From Henriciella pelagia (GTDB lineage: Bacteria; Bacteroidota; Bacteroidia; Flavobacteriales_D; Crocinitomicaceae), in assembly GCA_964219255.1 (NCBI GenBank), contig CAXPPC010000001.1:154539-218538 (forward strand): 64,000 nt of DNA, in the 5' to 3' direction. The notes under the pieces were generated by a model. The model was not told the DNA's origin. It was given only the letters and a program-made list of their open reading frames with translations, and searched no databases. The position numbers were made by a program, and so were the translations under genes. Below are positions 10,064 to 19,657 of this stretch, in pieces (positions within the stretch are counted from its first letter, which is position 1; each line of letters begins with the position of its first letter).

Positions 10064-11596
10064 TTACTCCCACTCGATTGTAGCAGGCGGCTTAGAACTG
10101 ATATCGTATGTAACTCGGTTAATTCCTTTAACTTGATTAATGATCTTATTCGACACTTTCGCCAAGAACTCGTACGGTAAATGACACCAGTCTGCCGTCA
10201 TTCCATCAGTAGAAGTAACTGCTCTTAACGCCACTGCATTCTCGTAAGTTCTTTCGTCTCCCATAACTCCAACTGATTGAATTGGAAGGAAGATTGCTCC
10301 AGCTTGCCAGACATCATCGTAAAGTCCATCTTCTTTCAAAGAAGAAATAAAAATGTGATCAACTTCTTGAAGAATACGCACTTTTTCAGCTGTTACATCA
10401 CCTAGGATTCTAATTCCAAGTCCTGGACCTGGGAAAGGGTGGCGACCTAAAATCTTTTCATCCATTCCCATTGAGCGACCAATTCTACGAACTTCATCTT
10501 TAAACAACAATTTCAAAGGCTCGATTACTTTTAACTTCATGTAATCTGGTAACCCACCTACATTATGGTGCGACTTAATTGTTTGCGATGGTCCACCTGA
10601 AACAGAAACTGATTCGATAACATCAGGATAAATTGTTCCTTGACCTAACCATTTTGCATCTTCAACTAACTTCGACTCATCATCAAAAACATCAACAAAT
10701 ACTTTTCCAATCGCTTTTCTCTTCGCTTCAGGATCAGTAACTCCACTTAGTGCATCGTAAAAACGTGAACTTGCATCCACACCTTTTACATTAAGTCCCA
10801 TTCCTTTATAAGACTCCAATACCGATTGGAATTCATTTTTACGAAGTAATCCGTTATCAACAAATATACAGTAGAGGTTGGCCCCAATCGCTTTATGCAA
10901 CAACATCGCTGCAACTGAAGAATCTACTCCCCCAGAAAGACCAAGAATTACTTTATCCGTTCCGATTTCAGCTTGTAGTTCTTTGACTGTTTCTTCAACA
11001 AAAGAGCTTGGCGTCCAATCTTGCTTACATCCACAAACACTTACAATGAAGTTGCGTAATAAAGTTGTCCCTTCCGTTGAGTGATAAACTTCAGGGTGGA
11101 ATTGTATACCAAAAGTCTCTTCACCTTCGATATGGTATCCAGCTACTTCCACATCAGAAGTACTAGCTATAATCTTATAATTTTCTGGCACCGATTTGAT
11201 TGTATCTCCGTGAGACATCCAAACTTGTGAACCATTTGTCATTCCTTTTGTCAACACATTAGTTGTGTCAACCATAGAAAGATTTGCTCTTCCATACTCA
11301 CGAATCGTTGATGGCAATACTTCACCACCGTAGTTGTTTGCTAGGAACTGAGCTCCGAAACAAACACCAAGAAGTGGCATTTTCCCTTTGATTTCAGACA
11401 AATCGGGCTTAGGAGCCTTCTCATCTCTAACTGAGAATGGACTACCTGACAAAATCACACCTTTTATATTATCCGTTAGTTCAGGACATTTATTCCAGGG
11501 GTGAATTTCACAATAAACATTTAGTTCTCTTACTCTTCGGGCAATCAACTGCGTGTATTGCGAACCGAAATCCAAAATCAAAATCATCTCATGCAT
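10064..11596 (-). CDS. guaA: GMP synthase (glutamine-hydrolysing).
   Basis: [37 protein letters not shown] (PP-loop), and a C-terminal end of KPPATIEWE. The true start may be the second Met at 11587. Confidence 0.95.
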   Translation of the reverse strand: MHEMILILDFGSQYTQLIARRVRELNVYCEIHPWNKCPELTDNIKGVILSGSPFSVRDEKAPKPDLSEIKGKMPLLGVCFGAQFLANNYGGEVLPSTIREYGRANLSMVDTTNVLTKGMTNGSQVWMSHGDTIKSVPENYKIIASTSDVEVAGYHIEGEETFGIQFHPEVYHSTEGTTLLRNFIVSVCGCKQDWTPSSFVEETVKELQAEIGTDKVILGLSGGVDSSVAAMLLHKAIGANLYCIFVDNGLLRKNEFQSVLESYKGMGLNVKGVDASSRFYDALSGVTDPEAKRKAIGKVFVDVFDDESKLVEDAKWLGQGTIYPDVIESVSVSGGPSQTIKSHHNVGGLPDYMKLKVIEPLKLLFKDEVRRIGRSMGMDEKILGRHPFPGPGLGIRILGDVTAEKVRILQEVDHIFISSLKEDGLYDDVWQAGAIFLPIQSVGVMGDERTYENAVALRAVTSTDGMTADWCHLPYEFLAKVSNKIINQVKGINRVTYDISSKPPATIEWE

Positions 11597-11600
11597 GGCG

Positions 11601-11608
11601 CAAAAATA
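11601..11608 (-). promoter_or_regulatory. Candidate Bacteroidota -7 promoter box (TATTTTTG) for guaA.
   Basis: Exact TAnnTTTG match on the minus strand, 4 nt upstream of the first ATG of guaA. This implies a leaderless or very short-leader mRNA. No matching -33 TTTG was checked. Confidence 0.3.
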
Positions 11609-11806
11609 CGATGATCGAATGATTTGACGGTGACAAGTTTTAATATTTTATCAACTTTTGACTGATAAAATTAGATTGCTAGACAATTTGTCATAGTATT
11701 TTCATTTGGAACGGTTTATGACAAAAGAAAAATCATTCTGCTACTTATAGGAAATTAGCGTAATAGATTTATTATTTTTACACCTCGTTTTTAAAATCTT
11801 AGTGTT

Positions 11807-14800
11807 TTGAGCATTCTAAAGAAATTATTCGGAGATAAATCCAAAAAAGATAGAAAAGAATACCAACCAGGTATCGACGCAGCGAATAACTTTTTCGCAC
11901 AATTGGCCAATATTAGCGATGATGAACTCCGTTTAAAAACGGACGGATTCAAAGCGCAAATTCGCAAAGGGACAGCTGATTTAGAAGCTGAATTGAAGGC
12001 TTTGAATGAAAAAGCGGCTGATTTAAGTACACCAGTACATGAGAAAGAAGATTTGTTCGAGAAAATCGATCAGATCACAAAAGATATTGATAATAAGATT
12101 GAAGAAATCTTAGAGCAGATTCGTCCAGAAGCATTTGCAGTTGTGAAAGAAACGGCTCGCAGATGGAAAGAAATCGGAGCACTGAAAGTTACAGCTCAAG
12201 ATTTTGATCGTGACCTAGCTTCTCAAAAAGATGGAATCACTATTGAAGGAGATCAAGCCATTTGGCATAACACATGGACAGCAGCAGGAGCTGAAGTATC
12301 TTGGGGAATGGTTCACTATGATGTTCAGTTAATGGGAGGAGCTGTACTTCACAACGGTAACATTGCTGAGATGCAAACAGGGGAAGGTAAAACATTAGTT
12401 GCCACACTTCCGGTTTACTTAAATGCATTATCTGGAAAAGGAGTTCACGTAGTGACAGTTAATGATTACCTCGCTAAACGTGACTCTGAATGGATGGGAC
12501 CACTTTACCAATTCCACGGTTTAACTGTAGATTGTATTGATAAGCACCGTCCTAATTCACCAGAAAGAAGAGAAGCCTACAAGAAAGATATCATTTTTGG
12601 AACGAATAACGAATTTGGATTTGACTACTTGCGTGACAACATGGCAGGAAGTCCAAACGATCTTGTTCAACAAAAACATCACTACGCCATCATAGATGAG
12701 GTCGATTCAGTTTTAATTGATGATGCTCGTACACCATTAATTATCTCTGGTCCTACTCCACGTGGAGATCAGCATGAGTTCTATCAATTAAAACCTCGCG
12801 TTGAAAATATTGTAGCTGCTCAACGTAAATTTGTTAATCAATGTTTGGCTGATGCAAAGAAAATGTTGACTGTGATCAACGGAGAAGTGGAAGCAGGACA
12901 AGATGCTAAGAAGATGTTGGAAGAAGGTGGAATTGCCTTACTTCGTGCACACCGTGGACTTCCAAGAAATAAAGCATTAATTAAGTATTTGTCAGAGCCA
13001 GGAATTCGTGCTCACCTGCAAAAAACGGAGAACTTCTACATGCAGGAGCAAGGAAAGAAAATGAAATTGATCGATCAGGAATTATTCTTCGTGATTGATG
13101 AAAAAAATAATACGATTGAGTTAACTGGTAAAGGAATCGATCTCATTTCAGGGCAAGAAGATCGCGAATTCTTTATCATGCCGGATATAGGTGCTGAAAT
13201 TGCCGAATTGAAAAGAAAGGACCTTTCTCAAGATGAGTTTGTTGCCCAAAAAGATGCACTTGTTCGTGACTATAGTATTAAATCGGAAAGAATTCACTCG
13301 GTAAACCAATTATTGAAGGCGTACACATTATTCGAAAAAGAAGTTGAGTACGTTATTCTTGATGGTAAGGTGAAAATTGTAGATGAGCAAACAGGTCGTA
13401 TCATGGACGGTCGTCGTTATTCAGACGGACTTCACCAAGCGATTGAGGCGAAAGAAGATGTAAAAGTTGAAGCGGCAACACAAACATACGCTTCTATCAC
13501 ATTACAGAACTACTTCAGAATGTACCACAAACTTTCGGGGATGACAGGTACTGCAGAGACTGAAGCAAAAGAATTCTGGGATATTTATGAATTGGATGTA
13601 GTTGTTATTCCTACCAACAAACCCATTCAACGTAACGACATGAACGATTTGGTATTCAAAACTGCACGTGAGAAGTTCAATGCAGTTATTGATGAAATCG
13701 AAAAATTAGTCGCAGCAAAACGTCCTGTGCTAGTAGGTACGACAACCGTGGAAATTTCGGAATTGTTAAGTCGAATGCTAAAGATGAAAGGTATCAATCA
13801 CCAAGTATTGAACGCCAAATACCACCAACGAGAAGCAGAAATCGTCGCTGAAGCAGGTAAAGCTGGAGCGGTTACAATTGCAACGAACATGGCCGGTCGT
13901 GGTACTGATATTAAACTAGGAGAAGGCGTAAAAGAAGCAGGTGGACTTGCGATCTTAGGTACAGAGCGTCACGATTCACGTCGAGTTGACCGTCAGTTAA
14001 GAGGTCGTGCTGGACGTCAAGGGGATCCAGGTTCTTCTCAGTTCTTCGTTTCTTTGGAAGATGATTTGATGCGTAAATTCGGATCGGAGCGTATCGCTAA
14101 GTTGATGGATAGAATGGGACTGAAAGAAGGTGAAGTAATTACTCACAGTATGGTCTCTAAGTCAATTGAGCGTGCACAGAAAAAAGTAGAGGAAAACAAC
14201 TTTGGTATTCGTAAGCGTTTGTTAGAGTATGATGATGTAATGAATGCTCAACGTAAAGCGATTTACAAGAAACGTAAAAATGCACTATTTGGTGATCGTT
14301 TGGACATCGACATTGATAATATGTTCTATGATGTTTCAGAAAACGTAGTTGTTAATCGAAATACAAAAGATTTCTCAAGTTTTGAAGAGGAATTAATTCG
14401 TACTCTTGGTGTTGAATCTCCAGTAACAGCGGAAGAATATAATTCAATTGACGAGAATACACTTATCGACAAGGTATACTCAAGCATTCGTTCTTATTAC
14501 GATCGTAAAAACGCAAAAATTGCAGAACAAGCAATGCCACAGATCAAGCACGTTCACGAAAACATGTCAGATCAATACAAGAATATTGTTTTCCCACTAA
14601 CAGATGGTAAGCGTGAGATTCAATTGGTTGTAAACCTAGAAGAAGCTTACAATTCTGGCGGAAGTGTTATTGCACGAACATTCGAGAAGAATATTATTCT
14701 TGGAATGATTGATAACGAATGGAAAGAGCACTTGAGAGAAATGGACGACTTACGCTCTGCAGTGCACCATGCACAATACGAGCAAAAAGATCCATTACTT

Positions 14801-15136
14801 GTCTACAAATTAGAGTCTTTTGAATTATTCAAAGCGATGCTAGCAAGAATGAACGCAGAAACAATGGACTTGTTAATGAAGTTGAATATTCCTGTCGCTC
14901 AAGAAATCCAATCGACAAATAAGGAAGCTCAGACTGAAGATCACTATGCTAAAGCTCAAACAAATGCAGAGCCTCAACAAGTGAGTGGTAGAGAAGGATA
15001 TCAAGAAGCTATTAATAATTCAGCAAGACAACCGGAAATCAAACAACAACCTGTTGTTGCTGAAAAGAAAATAGGAAGAAATGATCCTTGTCCTTGCGGC
15101 AGTGGAAAGAAATACAAACAGTGTCACGGAAAGTAA
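11807..15136 (+). CDS. secA: Preprotein translocase ATPase SecA.
   Basis: GEGKTLVATLP (Walker A), DEVDSVLIDDARTPLIISG, TNMAGRGTDIKLG, and the C-terminal zinc motif CPCGSGKKYKQCHG. TTG start, with no upstream in-frame ATG. Confidence 0.95.
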   Translation: MSILKKLFGDKSKKDRKEYQPGIDAANNFFAQLANISDDELRLKTDGFKAQIRKGTADLEAELKALNEKAADLSTPVHEKEDLFEKIDQITKDIDNKIEEILEQIRPEAFAVVKETARRWKEIGALKVTAQDFDRDLASQKDGITIEGDQAIWHNTWTAAGAEVSWGMVHYDVQLMGGAVLHNGNIAEMQTGEGKTLVATLPVYLNALSGKGVHVVTVNDYLAKRDSEWMGPLYQFHGLTVDCIDKHRPNSPERREAYKKDIIFGTNNEFGFDYLRDNMAGSPNDLVQQKHHYAIIDEVDSVLIDDARTPLIISGPTPRGDQHEFYQLKPRVENIVAAQRKFVNQCLADAKKMLTVINGEVEAGQDAKKMLEEGGIALLRAHRGLPRNKALIKYLSEPGIRAHLQKTENFYMQEQGKKMKLIDQELFFVIDEKNNTIELTGKGIDLISGQEDREFFIMPDIGAEIAELKRKDLSQDEFVAQKDALVRDYSIKSERIHSVNQLLKAYTLFEKEVEYVILDGKVKIVDEQTGRIMDGRRYSDGLHQAIEAKEDVKVEAATQTYASITLQNYFRMYHKLSGMTGTAETEAKEFWDIYELDVVVIPTNKPIQRNDMNDLVFKTAREKFNAVIDEIEKLVAAKRPVLVGTTTVEISELLSRMLKMKGINHQVLNAKYHQREAEIVAEAGKAGAVTIATNMAGRGTDIKLGEGVKEAGGLAILGTERHDSRRVDRQLRGRAGRQGDPGSSQFFVSLEDDLMRKFGSERIAKLMDRMGLKEGEVITHSMVSKSIERAQKKVEENNFGIRKRLLEYDDVMNAQRKAIYKKRKNALFGDRLDIDIDNMFYDVSENVVVNRNTKDFSSFEEELIRTLGVESPVTAEEYNSIDENTLIDKVYSSIRSYYDRKNAKIAEQAMPQIKHVHENMSDQYKNIVFPLTDGKREIQLVVNLEEAYNSGGSVIARTFEKNIILGMIDNEWKEHLREMDDLRSAVHHAQYEQKDPLLVYKLESFELFKAMLARMNAETMDLLMKLNIPVAQEIQSTNKEAQTEDHYAKAQTNAEPQQVSGREGYQEAINNSARQPEIKQQPVVAEKKIGRNDPCPCGSGKKYKQCHGK

Positions 15137-15163
15137 TTCCTTTATACACTTGATATTCAATTA

Positions 15164-15191
15164 GGTGAGGATAATTCCTCACCTTTTTTTT
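15164..15191 (+). terminator. Rho-independent terminator after secA.
   Basis: GGTGAGGA-TAAT-TCCTCACC is a perfect 8-bp stem followed by T8. It lies 28 nt after the secA stop. Confidence 0.75.
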
Positions 15192-15321
15192 GTAATATTC
15201 AACAGGAGATTTAATACTTTCATCGGTATTACCAATATATTCATTGCATATTAAATAAACATTAAGTCTATCTTCAATCTATTATTTTAGTGGGGCTAAT
15301 TACAAACAAACCCTACTAGAT

Positions 15322-18000
15322 TTGAACTTATACTACAGGTATTTCCTTGCCTTCTTAGGCCTTTTAATAACGAACACAACATTTTCTCAATCTGACGACC
15401 CTTGTGGAGCTCCAGCTTTAACTGTAAATTCTGGTAGCTGTTCCTTCACAACAGGTTCAAATGCAACTGCAACAGCTTCTTCCGGAGTTCCTGCGCCAGG
15501 TTGTGCTAGCTATTCTGGCGGCGATGTTTGGTACACAATAACTGTTCCGGCCAGTGGAAATGTTGACATTAACACGAACACTGGAGTAATAACAGATGGT
15601 GGTATGGCTGTTTACTCTGGTACATGTGGATCACTAACATTAGTTGAATGTGACGACGACGACAGTCCTAACGGATTAATGCCCTTTATTTCACTTACTG
15701 GACAAACTCCCGGTGCAACTTTATGGATTAGAGTTTGGGAATATGGCAACAATAATAACGGAACTTTCGACATTTGTGCTGAAGACCCTGTAGTACTACC
15801 TCCACCTGCTAACGACGAATGTGCAACAGCAACCTCTGCGCCAGTAAACCCTGACTTAAATTGTGGATCGACAGTATCCGGAACAATCCAATCGGCAACA
15901 GCATCATCACAAGCAAATGGATGTGGTGGTACAGCAGATGACGATGTTTGGTATTCATTCGTAGCAACAAGCACAGCGCACACTATCGATTTAACGAATG
16001 TTACAGGTTCAACAACTGACTTATATCACTCAGTTTATTCTGGAACATGTGGTTCCCTTGGAACTGCTTTAGTTTGTAGCGACCCAAACAGTAGTTCTGT
16101 TGGTGGATTAATTCCTGGAAATACTTACTATGTTCGAGTTTACTCTTGGACCTCAACAACCGGACAAACCACAACGTTTGATTTATGTATTGGTACACCA
16201 CCTCCACCACCAGCAAACGATGAATGTGCAAATGCAACTCCCGCAACGGTAAACCCAGACAATTTATGTGGATCGGTTACACCTGGCACAATCGCATCGG
16301 CCACTACGTCTGCTCAAGCAAATGGATGTGGAGGTACAGCTGATGATGATGTTTGGTTCTCTTTTGTAGCAACAAACACTAGTCACTATATCGACTTATT
16401 AAACATAACTGGTAGCACAACAGACTTGTATCATTCAGTTTACTCTGGAGCATGTGGATCACTTGGAACTGCATTGGTTTGTAGTGATCCTAATAGCAGT
16501 ACACTAACGGGGTTAACTCCTGGAAATACCTATTACGTTCGTGTCTATTCATGGACTTCAACTACTGGTCAAACATCATCTTTTGACCTCTGTATCGGTA
16601 CACCACCACCGCCCCCAGCAAATGATGATTGTAATAACGCTATTACAGCACCTGTGACTCCTTTGGGAAGTGGATGTATTAACACAACTGGAACTATTGC
16701 GAGTGCAACAGCATCTTCACAGACAAACGGTTGTTCAGGTACGGCAGACGATGATGTTTGGTATGAATTTACCGCTACATCAACGGCAGTAAATATTTCA
16801 TTATCTAACATTACAGGAAGTACTACTGATTTATATCATAGCGTTTATCAAAGTAATTGTGGAAGCTTAGGAACTGCAATTGTTTGTAGTGACCCAAATA
16901 CTAGTTCAGTGACAGGATTGACAATTGGCCAAACTTATTTGGTTAGAATCTTCTCTTGGACATCAACCGCTGGACAAACTTCGACATTTGACTTATGCAT
17001 TCAAGAGACTGGACCTTGTGGTACTCCCTCCAATCAGGATTATTGTAACGCTCCGGCAATTCTTACTCAAGGAGCAGGAACTTTCTCATCAAACACATCT
17101 GGTACCTATTCTTCTGATACACCCGCTAATTTAACTTCATTATTCTGCGGGTCAATTGAAAACAATTCTTGGTACGAATTTGTTGCAAGTGGAACAACAG
17201 AGACCTTTAACTTCAGTAGTGTAACAGGTTGTAGCTCTGGAATTCAAGCAGAAGTGTATGAAGTTGCTGAAGATGTTAACGGATGTTGTACAAACTTTAC
17301 TTCAATGTCCAATTGTTGGAATCCAGCAACAGCAACTTCTGGAACGGTAACAGCTACAGGCCTAACTCCAGGTAACAACTATATTCTTATGGTTGATGGT
17401 TTCGGCGGAGATGTATGTGACTTCACAGTGACAGGATGGACAGCCGTTGGTATTTTACCAATCGAATTGATTAGCTTCAACGGGGTAACATTAAGTAGCA
17501 CCAACTCATTGAAATGGTCAACGGCTAGTGAGAGAGATAATGATCATTTCAACATTTTGAGATCATTTGACGGTATTAACTTCGAGAAAATTGGTGAACA
17601 AAAAGGTGCAGGTACAACAATTTCTGAAAGCCATTATGAATTTATTGACACAGATATTAGAACTGGAGATGTGTATTACCAATTAGAACAAGTAGACTAC
17701 AACGGGACTGCAACTTCGAGTGAGATTATTTCTTTGCAACGAGATGCGAAATTTTCAGGAGTTGTGACCGCTTACCCAAATCCTACAAATTCAAATCTGA
17801 CCATTGAGGTTCAGTCGAACAAGAAAGGTGAATTGCTTATTTTAACTGATCTAAACGGTTCCACATTAATTAAGAAAGAATTAGATGGTTCATTTCAAAA
17901 AATTGATCTTGACCTGAGTCAATATGCTTCTGGGCTTTACTTACTTCAGTATAAAGGATTTAACGGAAGACAATCAGTTACTAAAATCACAAAGAACTAG
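15322..18000 (+). CDS. Secreted modular protein with five Cys-containing ~130 aa modules and a T9SS type-A C-terminal sorting domain.
   Basis: Signal-like N-terminus LAFLGLLITNTTFSQ. Modules carry GTADDDVW(Y/F).F.AT...DLYHSVYSG.CGSL....CSDPNSS..GL.PGNTYYVRVYSWTS..GQT..FDLCIG and are joined by PPPPPAND linkers. C-terminal VTAYPNPTNSNLTIEV...GLYLLQYKG. TTG start. Confidence 0.85.
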   Translation: MNLYYRYFLAFLGLLITNTTFSQSDDPCGAPALTVNSGSCSFTTGSNATATASSGVPAPGCASYSGGDVWYTITVPASGNVDINTNTGVITDGGMAVYSGTCGSLTLVECDDDDSPNGLMPFISLTGQTPGATLWIRVWEYGNNNNGTFDICAEDPVVLPPPANDECATATSAPVNPDLNCGSTVSGTIQSATASSQANGCGGTADDDVWYSFVATSTAHTIDLTNVTGSTTDLYHSVYSGTCGSLGTALVCSDPNSSSVGGLIPGNTYYVRVYSWTSTTGQTTTFDLCIGTPPPPPANDECANATPATVNPDNLCGSVTPGTIASATTSAQANGCGGTADDDVWFSFVATNTSHYIDLLNITGSTTDLYHSVYSGACGSLGTALVCSDPNSSTLTGLTPGNTYYVRVYSWTSTTGQTSSFDLCIGTPPPPPANDDCNNAITAPVTPLGSGCINTTGTIASATASSQTNGCSGTADDDVWYEFTATSTAVNISLSNITGSTTDLYHSVYQSNCGSLGTAIVCSDPNTSSVTGLTIGQTYLVRIFSWTSTAGQTSTFDLCIQETGPCGTPSNQDYCNAPAILTQGAGTFSSNTSGTYSSDTPANLTSLFCGSIENNSWYEFVASGTTETFNFSSVTGCSSGIQAEVYEVAEDVNGCCTNFTSMSNCWNPATATSGTVTATGLTPGNNYILMVDGFGGDVCDFTVTGWTAVGILPIELISFNGVTLSSTNSLKWSTASERDNDHFNILRSFDGINFEKIGEQKGAGTTISESHYEFIDTDIRTGDVYYQLEQVDYNGTATSSEIISLQRDAKFSGVVTAYPNPTNSNLTIEVQSNKKGELLILTDLNGSTLIKKELDGSFQKIDLDLSQYASGLYLLQYKGFNGRQSVTKITKN
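15799..17005 (+). repeat. Three tandem ~400-nt coding repeats (modules 2-4 of the 892-aa protein).
   Basis: Polyproline-AND linkers start at ~15799, ~16198 and ~16603, and the last module ends at ~17005. The copies look ~80% identical at DNA level by eye. More diverged modules flank them at 15388-15795 and 17005-17440. Confidence 0.8.
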
Positions 18001-18001
18001 C

Positions 18002-18352
18002 ATGAAATATTTAATCCTCTTACTCGTTAGTATTCCTACACTTTGCTTCTCGCAGGAGGCGAATAAAGCACAACGTTTTGAATACGCACAATTCGAGGTA
18101 AATCACAACGAAAAGATTGCCTTTACTTCATTAGTTGAATTTAAGAACAATAATCTTTCACATGCCGATTTTATGGACTTGGAACGTGAAATATTAGACA
18201 AAAAAGAAATCTTTCATATTGAGTACTTGAATGAAGGAAAAACCATAAAACTATATTATCTCTCAACCGTAGAGCTGGAAGATATAAAGAGTTTCATTTT
18301 ACCGTATTCTGAAAATGTGGATTTCGAAGAAAAAGTAATTTATACGTTCTAA
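18002..18352 (+). CDS. Hypothetical small secreted protein (116 aa).
   Basis: The in-frame ATG at 18002 gives MKYLILLLVSIPTLCFSQ (signal peptide). It starts 1 nt after the stop of the 892-aa gene. The longer track ORF from 17924 overlaps that gene. Confidence 0.6.
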   Translation: MKYLILLLVSIPTLCFSQEANKAQRFEYAQFEVNHNEKIAFTSLVEFKNNNLSHADFMDLEREILDKKEIFHIEYLNEGKTIKLYYLSTVELEDIKSFILPYSENVDFEEKVIYTF

Positions 18353-18380
18353 ATTCCATTCTTATCCTGATATTTGGGTT

Positions 18381-19148
18381 GTGAATGAAGCAATTCAACA
18401 TATTTCAATAGTCGGATTAGGTAATGTTGGTTATCACTTAGCGAAAGCTTTAGCTGAAAGAGGGATTCATATTTCTCATATCGTAACTTCTCAGACTGAA
18501 GCTCCTGATTTCTTATCTAGCACGCGTTTATTACATGATTACGACTTACTTCCGACTGATCAGCTGGTGTTACTCGCAGTTCCTGATGATAAAATTGGAG
18601 AAGTACTAGAGAAAATCCCAGAATCCACCCCAGTCGCGTATACTTCAGGCTCGAAGAAAATAGATTCTTTACCTAAAAGAAAAAATCTCGGAGTATTCTA
18701 CCCTCTTCAAACTTTCTCCAAGGAGATTGATGTTAACATTTTTGAAGTACCATTTTTTATCGAAGGAAACAACACCGAATTTGCTCAACAGTTATTCGAC
18801 CTAGCCTGGAAAATAAGTCGCAAAGTTTCATTTGCTAACTCAGAGGATAGAGGAAAACTTCACTTAGCTGCCGTTTTTGTAAATAATTTTACGAATCACT
18901 TAAATTACATTGCGAAAAGCTATTTAGATCAAGAAAACTTGGACTATGAACATTTAATTCCATTGTTAAAAGAGACAGTAAACAAGCTCGAACGAAACTC
19001 TCCTTACGATGCTCAAACTGGACCTGCACGTCGCAATGATAAAAAAGTTCTCTACGAGCATTTATCAAAATTAAGTGACGAAAAGAAAGAGATTTACAAG
19101 GTAATCACCAACAGCATATTAGAAGCATATAAGCATGAAAAGTTATAA
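18381..19148 (+). CDS. Rossmann-fold oxidoreductase-like protein (DUF2520-type).
   Basis: N-terminal dinucleotide-binding motif ISIVGLGNVGYHLAKAL. Length, and position directly upstream of kdsC, are typical of flavobacterial Rossmann-like/DUF2520 proteins. GTG start. Confidence 0.7.
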   Translation: MNEAIQHISIVGLGNVGYHLAKALAERGIHISHIVTSQTEAPDFLSSTRLLHDYDLLPTDQLVLLAVPDDKIGEVLEKIPESTPVAYTSGSKKIDSLPKRKNLGVFYPLQTFSKEIDVNIFEVPFFIEGNNTEFAQQLFDLAWKISRKVSFANSEDRGKLHLAAVFVNNFTNHLNYIAKSYLDQENLDYEHLIPLLKETVNKLERNSPYDAQTGPARRNDKKVLYEHLSKLSDEKKEIYKVITNSILEAYKHEKL

Positions 19149-19653
19149 AGAGAAACTACCTAAAATAAACACATTTATTTTTGATGTCGACGGAGTTATG
19201 ACGAACGGAGATGTACTTCTTTTTCGCGATGAATACGTTCGAATTTTAAGTTCTAGAGACGGTTATGCTCTTCAGTACGCTAACAAAATGGGATTTCGAA
19301 TTTTGGTGATTACTGGTGGGAAAAGTGAGCGACTTAAGGAAAGATTACTGAGCCTAGGGGTCACTGAGGTACGACTTGGATCCAGCAACAAAGTAACAGT
19401 TTACGAGGAACTCAAAGAAAAATACAATTTAATCGATGAAGAGGTAGCCTACATGGGGGACGACATCCCAGACTATGAAGTAATGCTGAAAGTTGGTGTC
19501 GCTGCATGTCCACAAGATGCCGCTGTTGAAATCAAGCATATAAGTGATTATCAATCACCGTTTTTAGGTGGTAAACATTGTGTTCGGGATATAATCGAAC
19601 AGACTTTGCGCGTTCAGGACAAATGGTTTAAAGAAGAGGCGCACGAGTGGTAA
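19135..19653 (+). CDS. kdsC: KDO 8-phosphate phosphatase (HAD-IIIA, YrbI family).
   Basis: FIFDVDGVMTNG (DxDGV), VITGG, and YMGDDIPDYEVM...ACPQDA. Overlaps the upstream gene by 14 nt. Confidence 0.88.
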   Translation: MKSYKEKLPKINTFIFDVDGVMTNGDVLLFRDEYVRILSSRDGYALQYANKMGFRILVITGGKSERLKERLLSLGVTEVRLGSSNKVTVYEELKEKYNLIDEEVAYMGDDIPDYEVMLKVGVAACPQDAAVEIKHISDYQSPFLGGKHCVRDIIEQTLRVQDKWFKEEAHEW

Positions 19654-19657
19654 AGAA

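Noticed and set aside
11718-11750. A ten-codon upstream ORF (ATGACAAAAGAAAAATCATTCTGCTACTTATAG, MTKEKSFCYL) ahead of secA, reminiscent of secM-type leader regulation.
   Set aside because: It is very short, has no arrest-peptide-like motif, and lies 57 nt from secA with no obvious coupling structure. It cannot be distinguished from chance in AT-rich DNA.
15612-16811. Antisense ORFs (15612-15983, 16001-16246, 16569-16811) within the modular T9SS gene.
   Set aside because: These are shadow frames of a repeat-rich, Gly/Thr/Ser-biased coding region. The + strand frame is continuous for 892 codons with a signal peptide and a CTD.
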